From positions 37,696,001 to 37,760,000 of the forward strand of contig OZ024741.1 in the NCBI GenBank assembly GCA_964016885.1: a stretch of 64,000 bases of DNA, read 5' to 3'. This document shows positions 27,246 to 39,176 of the stretch, in pieces (positions within the stretch are counted from its first letter, which is position 1; each line of letters starts with the position of its first letter). The position numbers and the translations under genes were made by a program. The notes beneath the pieces are model-generated. The model was not told the origin of the DNA. It worked only from the letters and a program-made list of their open reading frames with translations, and made no database searches. This DNA is from Eledone cirrhosa (taxonomy: Eukaryota).

Positions 27246-28303
27246 GTGCTACTTCAAATGAACTATCATTTATTTTATTAAATATAATTCTTGAACTTTG
27301 AATTCTTTAATGTGTGTAGTTATTGATAAATTTACATGCATTCCTACATTAACATCAACCCTTTACGAAATGCCCATTATATATAATATATATGTATATA
27401 TCTATATATTTGTGTGTGTGTGTATGTATATATATATATATGTGTATATATATATATATATATATGCAGTCATTATGTACATACAGAAAGACAAATATAT
27501 ATGTAAAATTATTTATTGTGAAAGAGTGTGTTTATATAATAAGTATTGTGATTTAAAAGTAAAACCCTCTCTCACCTTTTAAAAACCTTACTGATAACTG
27601 TTATTGTTGTTTTTGTTGTTGTTTTTTTTGTTTTTTTTTAGCTATTAAGTTGCATTTAAAGCTTGTAAAAATATTTGTGAAAAAAAATATTATTTTCAAA
27701 TTTAACAGTATCTGATTTAGGTCTAAGAAATATAAGCAGTGATAGAGTTATTAGCAAAGGTATTTGAATAAAAGTAATAATGATAATAATAATAATAATT
27801 TTTAATTTAGGTAAGAGATCAGCAATTTTGTGAAGGGAAAGTTGAATAAATCAACCTCAGTGCATTACTGGTACTTTATTTTATCGACTTCGGAAGGATG
27901 AGATGCAGAGTTAACCTCTTTGGCAAGGGATTTGAACTCGGAACATAGAGAGCCAAATCAAATACTGTATGGTATTTTGTTCGATGCTCTAATGATTCTG
28001 TCAATCCACCGCCCCCTGATAATAATAATCATAATTTTTTCCTTCATTGTCCACAAGAGTGCAATATAAGGGAGATAAACAACATAACATAAATGTGTTG
28101 AATAAGGGAAGAGAAAGTCAACAAAAGGAAATTGTCAATATAAACAATAACAACAATGACAACAACACTAATTTGATTAGATCCTAAGAAATTGTTTTAA
28201 AACTGCTCTCCTTAGTTAATAGATTTCCTATGTCCGGCTGTTGAAACCAGCTAATTACCTCTAGCCCTAACCATTTAGTTACTATAATCAATTATTTTAG
28301 CAG

Positions 28304-28558
28304 GCCGCCCCTCCAGACAAAGAAGTGTGACTGCTGCGAAACCTTCCTGTTCCACCACCACCACAACCACCACCACCACCACCACCACATCATCATCATC
28401 AAGCTCCTCACCAGCCTCCAGCTACTGGACCCCCTCAGGTAGACACATTGCCTTGGATGCGGCCAGAGACGATGCTACTACCCTTGTGGCAGCACATGGC
28501 TTTCTAGATGCTGGCCGTCCTCCTAACAACAACTCAGTTGATTTTTCAAATGATGAAG
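28304..28558 (+). CDS. Paxbeta: Pax-beta coding exon 2, putative symmetric cassette exon (GRPSRQRSV...poly-T/poly-S...DFSNDE)
   Basis: GC-rich open island in an AT-rich intron. Tandem acceptor TTTTAG/CAG at 28298-28303, donor GAAG|GTACAT. Phase 1 at both ends, 255 nt, in frame with exons 1 and 3. Confidence 0.62.
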
Positions 28559-29734
28559 GTACATGAAAATCCCCTGGGGGAATCCTTTTTTTAATTTTAT
28601 TTTTTTAAATTATTTTTGTTTTGTTCTTTTTTATTTATTTTTTTGTTTAGCCTCATAGTTACCAGAAAACCTTATATATATAATTATTGTTGACTTTATT
28701 TTTGAATTTTTTTTTCTTTTGCCCCCTACCTCCAACTGTAACATGGCTTTATTAATCTTTATTATTTTAACTAGCAGAAGGTTTAATTAATATCAAGCTA
28801 AAATCTTTCACTAATCAATGTATGTGTTCCAGTGTATGGATTTAATTATAGAGACATTCCATTACAAAAAAATTACTAACTATTTTAACCCACTTTTAAA
28901 CATATTTCCAATGAAAGACACTCCCTATAATTTTGAAAATCATCAAAAATTTGAAAGGATTTTAAAAATAGCTACTTTTATTAAACTGTTGTTTTGGAGC
29001 ATAATGTAAACCATTCATTACCATATTTCTCATGAAAGACACTACCTATTATTTTCAAATACTTTTGAAAATAATCAAGTCTTTTTAGAGATTTAATAAT
29101 ATAACTAACTTTCTCATTATTAAGCTGGTGTTTGAAGTATAATAAAGTATCTTATATAAAATCATGATGGAAGGTTTAAATTTAAATATGGACAGATTGT
29201 ATCATAAAATCACAGGCATTTTCAGGGGGCTTCATATCAGAAGGGTTAGGGTGGTGACATGGTACTTTCATTAAAGCATCATATTAAGTACTTAGCTATT
29301 TATTCTGACTCGCTGCTATCTGATTTCAAATTCTGCCGTAGTCAACTTTATCTTTTATCTTTTTGGTGTCAATAAATATAGAAACTGTCCAGGGCATGTA
29401 GATTGACAGAATTGTGAGAGAGCTTATAGGATGTCTTGTGATATCTGTTCCACCTCAGTGTATTCTGAGTTCAAATCCCACCTTCTGACAGAATTGTGAG
29501 AGAACTTCTGGGATTTCTTGTGATATGTTCCACCTCTGTGTGTTCTGAGTTCAAATCCCACACCTTCTATTACCAGATAAATATTGATGCTTCTGCCAGG
29601 AGTTGTAATTGACAGATACTATCAACCATGGAGAGAGAGAGAGAGAGAGACCAGTAGCAACATAGTTTCCTTGATCCAATCTGATGATCTGTTCTTTTTC
29701 TTTTCTTTATACCTGTTTAATTCATTTTTTTGTT

Positions 29735-29777
<43 letters not shown>

Positions 29778-31519
29778 TTATCCCTAAGATTATCCTTGCC
29801 ACTATAGTTGTTACAGTCCAGTCAATATGTGGTTTATGAGACTGTGTGTACATTGAGATGGTTAGATATTGTTGTAACTTAATATCCTAACTTAACCCTT
29901 CCATTACCATATTTCTAATGAAAAATACTGTCCTTGATTAACAAAATTTTTTTATTTAAAGAATCAAGAATTTGAGAGGAATTTAGTAATGTAACTAACT
30001 TTCTTGTTATTAAGCTGGGTGTTTGGAATATAACTTAACAAAGGTTCTGCCATAAAATTATGATGACGGGTTTGCAGATAAATATTAGATGGCTATCAGC
30101 ATTGTCCAGGAAATAAATCCATCAGTTCATGGCCAGTTTTTTTTTTATTTTGTTGTTTTGTTTTAGGAGAATCATGGTAATCCTGTAAACATTCATTTCA
30201 AACATAATATTGATAGTATTTCTGATGGAGATAAACATTTCTTTTTTTTTTACATCTTATACAATTTTACTTGCATTTTAATAGCCCAGTATAAAAGGAA
30301 ATAATACAAAAGGTATTCTACTTGTGACAATATAGTTAAGAACCATGGGGGGGGGGGAGGGGGTCAGGTGATTTGTTATAAAAAATGGTTAAGTTTGTCA
30401 GATACTTGATGTAACATGAATGATAGAATTAACTAAATGATAGAATCAACTGACTGTAGTTCTATCACACAGCAACCTGTTACTCTAGGCAAGAGCTTAT
30501 GCAGGTTCAATATATTCTATAGAAGGATTATACCACTAGTGTGTGTGTGTGTTAACTCATTTAGAATTTGTCTCTTACTGTCTTATTTCCTTTTGCTTGC
30601 TAACATATACTCTGATGCTAATTTTTGTTTTTGTTTTATTTCTTTTTGCAATAATAAATATATAAGGATATATAATATACACATATGTATATATATATAT
30701 ATAGAGATCATCATCACTGTTTAATATCTGTTTTCCTTGCCTGCATGGGTTAGACTGGTTGTCACGTTATGAGACATGTCAGATCAACTGTTTCTGGCTT
30801 GGTTTCTACAGATGGATGTCTTTCTAATACCAACCATATTACAGCGTTGTCTGGATACCTTTTGTCATGTCATCAACAGAACCACCTTACACTGTGGATT
30901 GGGTGCTTTTTGTCATGTCACCAACATGACTACCTTACAGTATGGACTAGGTACTTTTTGCTATGTCACCAGTACAACCACCTTACAGTATGGACTATGT
31001 ACTTTTTGTCATGTCACCAGCATGACCTCCTTATGAGATAGACTGGGTGCTTCTTTGTTGTGTCACCAGCACAACTACCTTACTAATATATTGAGAGAAG
31101 GATTTATAACCATATTAAAACTTGGTGTAGTGTTGATGTCAATATTCAATCGAAACAGAGCGCCATTCATCTTTGTCGGATGTTAACCTCTTTCTATGTG
31201 GTAACCAAACTACAGTGTCAAATGCATTATGATAAGGAATGAAAGAATGAAAAGAATATGAGGTGGTAAATAACCCATTGTTTTACAATCGTTTCAGTAT
31301 GTGAATTCTAATCTATGGAACTCCATACCACCAGCCTTGAAAATGTCCATCTTCTCTGCTGGCCTCATTCAGAAACAAATGAATTTAGTTTCTTTAATCA
31401 GATGAGTAATTAGGTCATGAGGAAAGGAAAAGAACAAAAAATAAAATGAAGCAGCTAATAGATAAGAAAATACTTTTAAAAATATAAATAAATTAGTGAT
31501 ATATATTTGTGTGTGTGTG

Positions 31520-31585
<66 letters not shown>

Positions 31586-31657
31586 TGAAGAAATGGTCAA
31601 ATGCATTCAGGTTGATTCAAAATAGAGAGCAATTGAGATATATGTAAGGTCAAATTA

Positions 31658-31842
31658 CTGTATATACTCGAATATAAGCCAAGGAATGTGACCAAAAAAT
31701 AGGTGGTGGGGGCTACCATCTAAACAATCTGTTGATTAGCTGCCCCGACTTATAAATGAGGTTTGGAGTTTTGCCAATTTATCAGACACAAAAAAGGGGG
31801 GTTGGTTTATATTTGGATCAGCTTATATATGAGTATATACAG
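31658..31842. mobile_element. Tc1/mariner superfamily (Tc2/pogo-like) MITE; related fragment at about 17712-17900
   Basis: TA|CTGTATATACTCGAATATAAGC...GCTTATATATGAGTATATACAG terminal inverted repeats. Confidence 0.65.
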
Positions 31843-34744
31843 CAAGTGTAATAAAGATAAGGAGTTATGCATATTTTGGTCAATCATAGAATGCGATTTA
31901 CCATTTCTTCACTCCCAGATATATATTTCACTATGTTCTAGTTTATAAGTATCCTCTTATTTATTTATTATCTGCTGTGTTTTATTTTCAATTCGTTTCC
32001 TTTCCAAGTGACCTTTTTACTCAGCTGTTTAATAAAATTTGAATCCATTTGTTTCCGAATGAGGCCATCAGAGATGTGCTTTTTCTAGACTGGTGGTGTG
32101 TAGTTATACAATTAACACCTCATTTTGTTTTTCTTCTTCTTTCATTGTTTAACAGTGTGTATATATATATGCTTGTTTTATGGGTTTGTATGGTAAACAC
32201 TAAACATGCACTGACTTATATACAGTATATAGAGTCAATATGATATTTGCTATTAATGGTGAATGTTTACTTCCATGTTCTGTTAATGTTACTGGCTCAT
32301 AAAAACAGATAAACCAGTAACAATTAAACTTTGAGGTTAACAGTCACCATTAATAATGAATATTATATATAGAGGGTAAAGACCCCCACCCTCACAAATG
32401 ACCATGGGATTTTCACCTAGAAAGTTCTCCTCTGAGGCACAAGTCCGAGCATGGTTGTTTGTGGAAAACCAGCAGTCAGCCATACATACCAGTCTCCCCT
32501 TTTCACACCACCGATGTTGTCCAAGGGAAGAGCAAGGGTCCAATACAGCTTGACACCAGTGACATCAAAACTCATTCCTATAGCTGAGTGAACTTGCTCA
32601 AGAACACAACTCTAAACACTAAGTCATGCGTCTTGTGTGTGTGGTTAACAACTGAGAGAAAGGAGTACTCAATACCAAAGTAGATAGGTTCTTGTCTAAT
32701 GACCCTGCGATAAACGGGCAAAATCCTGAGTAACAAGACTCACTTTTTAGCCTTAATAATAATTGTTTCTACTTTTTGGCACAAGAGCCTTAATAATAAT
32801 GAATATGTATGTCTGTGTGTGTATATATATATATATATGGGATTTTAATAAACCTTCAAAGCTTGATTCATTTCTGCCTAACCTCATTACATCATCAAAA
32901 CTTCTACCCCTTAATAAATTTTACATGATCTAACCCTCACCAGCCAACAGCCACCCTGTAGTTTATATTGTAACTTTGTTAAATAACCCTAACATTCACT
33001 TCAGCTTTATTTATTTTACTTAAATTCTCACTCTCACAGTACTTATTGCCTAAAATGTGTTTTATAATATTCTCATAAGGGCAAAGAGAAAGCTATACTT
33101 GGATAAATTGAATATTTTTAGACTGTTATATGTTAGAGTTCAATTGATTTCTTTTTATTCATCAAATTCAGTTTTATTTTTAGGCTACCCTCAGTAAACA
33201 TTTTGTTACCATATTCCTATAAAAATAAACACTTTGATTTTCAAATAATTTTCAAAGTAATCAAGAATTTGGAGGGATTTTTGTAGTATAACCAACTTGT
33301 TATTAAGCTAGTGTTTGGAACATAACTTAAGTGAGGTTCTTATGTAAAGGTTTTGCTGGAAAATATTTAGATAAATATAAAAACTAACCCCTTGGTTACC
33401 ATATTTCTAATGAAAGACACTGTTTATAATTTTCAAATAATATTGAAAATAATTAAGAATTTTGAGGGATATTGTTAAACAACTATTTCATTATTAACTT
33501 GGTATTTATTTTGGAGAGGCAGGTCCACGTTATCCAACATTTGGTGAATAGCTTAGGAGAGGTTCTTATTTAAAATTATGATGAAAATTATTTGAAAAAA
33601 ATAATAATGAAAATTATTGTGTACAGTGCTCAGGTGTAGATAAATATATATAAACACTTTAAAACAAAGTTTTGTATAGTAGAAGCAAGGATATCAAACG
33701 TTTTAAGATTTATTCTTCTGAACACTCTTTACATCTGTTACACTTTAATCTACTCATTATTTCATCAATTACTCTTTAAACTGATTCACTCCAGTTGGGT
33801 TGGCCATTTCAGATATTTACTGTTTTATTATATATATTTAATGATATATGTTATAGTTGTTGTTTGAGTTGTTAGCAATTGGCACTGTTACATCTTTATT
33901 CCTCATTCTTCAACTACTCTTTTACTTTCACTTTCCATTTTAATGCCTTAATTTCCTTCTATCCATCCATGGGTCCTGAACTCCTGGTGAAGTTGTAAAA
34001 GTGACGTTATATTATATGGACATTTAAACCTGCCAGAGTTCATCTCACGCTAAGCCTTAACACAGCTGATGTAGTCCTGAGAAACTTTGGGGGAGAGAGA
34101 TGAGGGTTAACCCAATTCTGGGCTGGTACTTACTATCAACTTTACAAGGATGAAACACAAATTCAGCAGGATTTGAACTTAGAATGCAAAGAGGTGGAAT
34201 GGATACAGCAAAGTGTTCTATCTGTAATGATATTCTTTCCAGTATATCTGTGGCAGATCATTTCCCATATCCAATCCATTTTGCTAAATTCTCTTCTACA
34301 CATCTCTGTTATAGTTGTGAATTATATATAGAACTCAACTGCTCAATTATAACAAAGAGCCAGACAGACAGTAAATAAACATTTTTTTTAATTTGTCAGT
34401 CTGTCTATTTGTTGATTTATCTATCAATATATTACATAATTAATTGGTTTATAAGATTATCAGTCTGATGTAATATATAATATAATCTAAAGGTGTGTAT
34501 ATAAATATCTCATATTTTTAGTGAAGATGTCTAAATTCTGAGATCTATGCATATATACATTCCATGCTTTTGGGTTCTATCCCCCTGATCAGGTGTCTTC
34601 TTCTATAGCTTTGATCAATCAATTCAATGTGAGGGAATTTGGTATATGGAAACAGTGCATGGTGATATGTGTGTTAGTGTGTATATCTATGTATATATTT
34701 CTCTACTTTTGATTTTGTGTGGATGGCATAAAGTCATTAACATA

Positions 34745-35045
34745 CACACTCCAGCTTCCAGGCCACTGACGTTCTGTCTCTCCTATCTACTTACTGCAAT
34801 GGCCTCTGCTCTTCGGAGGTAGCTGACCATTCCTCTTCCACTCAGGCACACCAACTACACTTGTTTCTCCTCCTTTCATCACCCATATTGTGTCCAACTT
34901 TCCATGCTCCACACCAACCACTACACCCTGTCCTTCTTTTCAGAATGTTGTCCCTTTGGAATTCTCTCCTTGCACATGTCTCTCCTGCAGGATCTGACCT
35001 GCAACAATTTCAACTAAACATCAACAGTATCAGTCTCAACAATCA
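34745..35045 (+). mobile_element. Decayed CR1/L2/Jockey-group LINE 3' end
   Basis: Fragments NGLCSSEVA, HPYCVQL and SFFFRMLSLWNSLLAHVSPAGSDLQQFQLNINSI match the SFFxR...WNSLP...F C-terminal motif. Confidence 0.65.
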
Positions 35046-35699
35046 TGGAGGGCTTGCAAAGATTCTGAGCACATTCTCTTCCTCCATACATACCAAATAA
35101 ACAAAGAAAGATTGCTGAGTGGCTTTACTTGGTCCAACATGCTTAACTCTATATTTATATGGTAGTGTTTTATAGATCTAAATACATCAGGTTAGCTTTT
35201 TCTATCTGACCATGTCAAATTTACTTTACTTGTAGACTTGACACCCTGGGTACTAGTTCCAGTTTACAGCTACTTTATACTGCTTGTCATTATACTTCAA
35301 TTCTCTCCAGTCATTACTCTGTTCTAATAATATTTTCTCACCTATTCAATATGTAGAGTCAGTTTACTTTGCCATCAACATTCTGATTTCTTATAGTAAA
35401 CCACTGACCTAAAGACTAATTTCAGTCAGTTAAACATATAATGTTTTGCACATTTTAGTCAAACTACTACAAATAGACACGTTCAAAAATCTATTATAGC
35501 ACCTAACCAGATAAACCATCATTCATAATATAATCACTTGCTCTTTTTAAATTTTGTTTTTCTTTTGCATGTCAGCTATCTTTAAATAACTTTTAAATGG
35601 TAATGTTAAAAACATTGTTTTCCTCATAATCTCTAAAGCAAGCAGTTAACTTTTAAATGTGTAGCTTTATTTATATTTTTTTTTCTTGCTAATTAACAG

Positions 35700-35865
35700 G
35701 TGGTCGAAACATCAATCAGTATGGTCGTGAATTCACTAATGGGCGCCCTCTACCTGACCATTTGAGAGTTCAGATTCTGCAGCTTGCTCTTCAAGGTGTC
35801 CGTCCATGTGAGATAAGCCGACAGCTACAAGTGTCGCATGGCTGTGTTAGCAAAATACTTAACAG
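35700..35865 (+). CDS. Paxbeta: Pax-beta exon 3, paired domain N-terminal (PAI) part
   Basis: AACAG| acceptor after a pyrimidine tract; 166 nt; translates [56 protein letters not shown]; donor AG|GTAAAA. Not present in the ORF track because it lacks a start codon. Confidence 0.96.
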
Positions 35866-38074
35866 GTAAAAGCATAATATATACCATTGAAATTTTTTTG
35901 CTATAAATGATCTTTGACTTTTTTTTCTATGCAGTTTCATAATCAATATTTGATACATTAATACGTTTCATCAGCACTGGGTTATGTGCTTAGGGCCTCA
36001 AGTAAAGAATGGTCTCATAGAGGTCCCCCCCCCCCCCCCCCGAAGTGCAGAATTTACAATAGACCTTGATGCAGTGTTGCAGCGCCACCCCTCCCTCCAT
36101 ATTCTTTACAGTTCTTAGAACTTCTAAAGTTCTCACTCCAGCCCTGCCTTTCATTACCATATTTCTAATAACAGGCACTGCCTATAATTTTCAAATAATT
36201 CTGAAAGTAGTCAAGAATTGGAGGGATTTAGGATTAGGATAGAAGTAATCCTCTCGTTATTCAGCTCATGTTTCGAAAATAATTTCACAAACATTCTGAC
36301 GTAAAATTATAATGGAAGTCTTTAGATGAATTTAAACACGTTAAATCAAATAGCTTTGTATAGAGTGGTTTTCTTGTCGTTTTGATAACAAAAGGGTTAA
36401 CTCGATTCTTTATTGATTATTAACTGAGTTAGATAATATTTCCAGCTAGTTACACAGTATCTAATATTTTTTAATACAATTCAATTTCTCTACAGTTTTT
36501 GTGGTGACAGATGTTGAATCGTACCAGATCCAGCTAGTCTGGGTCAGGCATGGAATATAAATGAAATATCTTGTAATATCAATGACTGTTGTTGCTAGTT
36601 ATTAGTTTAGTTCAGATGTGTTTTTACCCTTTCATTAGCATATTTCTAATAACAAAAGAAGAAAAAAACTGCCAAGGTTTTTCTATTAATTCTGAAAATA
36701 AAGAATTTGAAGGGGTTTTGTAATATAACTAACTTTTCCTGATTAAACTGGTGTTTGGAGTATAACTTAACAATGGTTTTAATTTAAATAAAGACACTAT
36801 AAAATAAGGCTTAGTATTATAGAACATGGGGTGGTTTCAGGAAGGTGGGTATCATAAGTGTTGATATTTCCAAACATTCCTGTGTGTCATTATAGGAAGT
36901 CTAGTAATAATGATTCAACAGTTCTTTCACCAAAACGAATTCCTATCCCTGTATATTGTAAGAAGCAACTGAAAAGGTTAGCACCAGGAAGGGCATTCAA
37001 CTGTAAAACATTGCCTCAACGTGGACCACATGATGAGAATGAAGGCTTGTGTGGAGCCCATAAGGCTAACTTCTGCTTTAGCAAGGAAAATGGCTTTAAA
37101 ACACTCGTTGAAGGAAGAAATTTCAAATTTGTTTTTTTATTGGTTGTAGTTTTTGGTTTAGAACTTCTCTAAATGACCATGTCTTTGACATAACTTGAGT
37201 CTGACTAATTTTCTTATCTCATGTAACTTCTAGTGTCAGCCTGGTGCAAAGCATTTTCTTTTCCTTGCTTTACTTACTTTTTTTTTTCTGTCTTTGTTTT
37301 CTTCTTCTTCTTCCTCTTCTTCAACCCACCTGACTGACCCCTATCACTTGAGAGAAACCATTACAGTCAGCACTGATGCATGGATTAATTACATCTAATG
37401 CCAATTGTGCACTGGAATTGCACTGATTAAACCGTCCAGCCCGGCTGAATCCTTTCAGGTGTAAGACGGATTATATATATATTATACACATACATTATAT
37501 ATATATATATATATAATGTTGTGTTTAAGTGTGTCTTCTTCCTCTATAATAAGTATATATTAGACACTGTTATTACAGCTGGCCTTAATCCTGCTTCTTA
37601 GGGTTGGCTGACAGCCTGTATTGTTGATCTGGCGTCTTTACCTTATATAGTTGTTATGTTCCGAGAGGGGAGTTGCTTAGCTGGCTGATATAATTTACCA
37701 TTCTAAGCTTGTGGTTTCTAAACATAACCAACCAACCAACCAACCAGTCAGCCAGCCAGCAGCAGGTTTGTTTTCTTTTTTTTTCTTTTAACTTTTAACA
37801 TTTAAAATTTCTACTTTTATTCTTCTCCTTTCTCCTGTTTAGTACTGAGATAAGTGTGTCAGCAAGAATTATTGTTTACTTTTATACACATACATAATGG
37901 ACTTCCACACAGTTTCTGTCTACCAAACTTCACACTCAAGGCATTGGTCAGCCAGAAGTTATAGTGGAAGACACTTGCCCAAGGAGCCACCGAACTGCAA
38001 ATGAAATGCTCCTTAATTACACAACCACTTTATTGCATGTTGTGGATGCATTTTATTATGTTATCAGCACTAAA

Positions 38075-38700
38075 ACTTTACAGAGTGTACTGGGTGCATT
38101 TTATCTTGCCACCAGCACTACCGCTTTAAAGAGTGTGCTAGGGGCATTTTATTGTGACACCAGCACTACCGCTTTAAAGAGTGTGCTAGGGGCATTTTAT
38201 TGTGACACCAGCACTACCGCTTTAAAGAGTGTGCTAGGGGCATTTTATTGTGACACCAGCACTACCGCTTTAAAGTGTGTGCTAGGGGCATTTTATTGTG
38301 ACACCAGCACTACCGCTTTAAAGTGTGTGCTAGGGGCATTTTATTGTGACACCAGCACTACCACTTTAAGTGTGTGCTAGGGGCATTTTATTGTGACACC
38401 AGCACTACCGCTTTAAGTGTGTGCTAGAGGAATTTTATTGTGACACCAGCACTACCGCTTTAAGTGTGTGCTAGAGGAATTTTATTGTGACACCAGCACT
38501 ACCGCTTTAAGTGTGTGCTAGGGGCATTTTATTGTGACACCAGCACTACCACTTTAAAGAGTGTGCTAGGGGTATTTTATTGTGACACCAGCACTACTAC
38601 TTTAAAGTGTGTGCTAGGGGCATTTTATTGTGACACCAGCACTACCGCTTTAAAGTGTGTGCTAGGGGCATTTTATTGTGACACCAGCACTACCATTTTA
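38075..38700. repeat. 47/48-bp minisatellite, about 13 copies
   Basis: Unit GAGTGTGCTAGGGGCATTTTATTGTGACACCAGCACTACCGCTTTAAA. Confidence 0.95.
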
Positions 38701-39176
38701 CTCAGTGTACTTCTCTAGTACATTCTTTACAGGGTGTTTTCTCAAGCATAATGTGATGTTATGTGTATGATGCATGGCATTATGATAGGAGTTTTATCTA
38801 ATATCATCTCATGGTTCATCAGTGTGTGTAAGGCTATACATTTCAGACAACTCTAAGAGAATATAAAGCGACCGTCCAGCCACACATGGGAGAGAGAATT
38901 CACAGCGTGCCTAGGGCAGTAACCAGTGGTCTCTGAGGGACGAACTGCTGGAAAGGGCAGCCCAAACCACTCAGAGAAGTGTGTTCAACCAAACAGAGAG
39001 AGAGGAAAGACTGTTATAAGGAGCGAAATATCACGATAAATTAACGGAGCCATAGGCTCTTGCTATTCCCTGTCAGTAATGTGCTCAAAGGAGAAGGAAT
39101 CCCGAGCCCTTTATAATACAATATGTAGAAAAGATAAATTAACGGAGCCATAGACTCTCGCTATTCTCTGTCAGTA

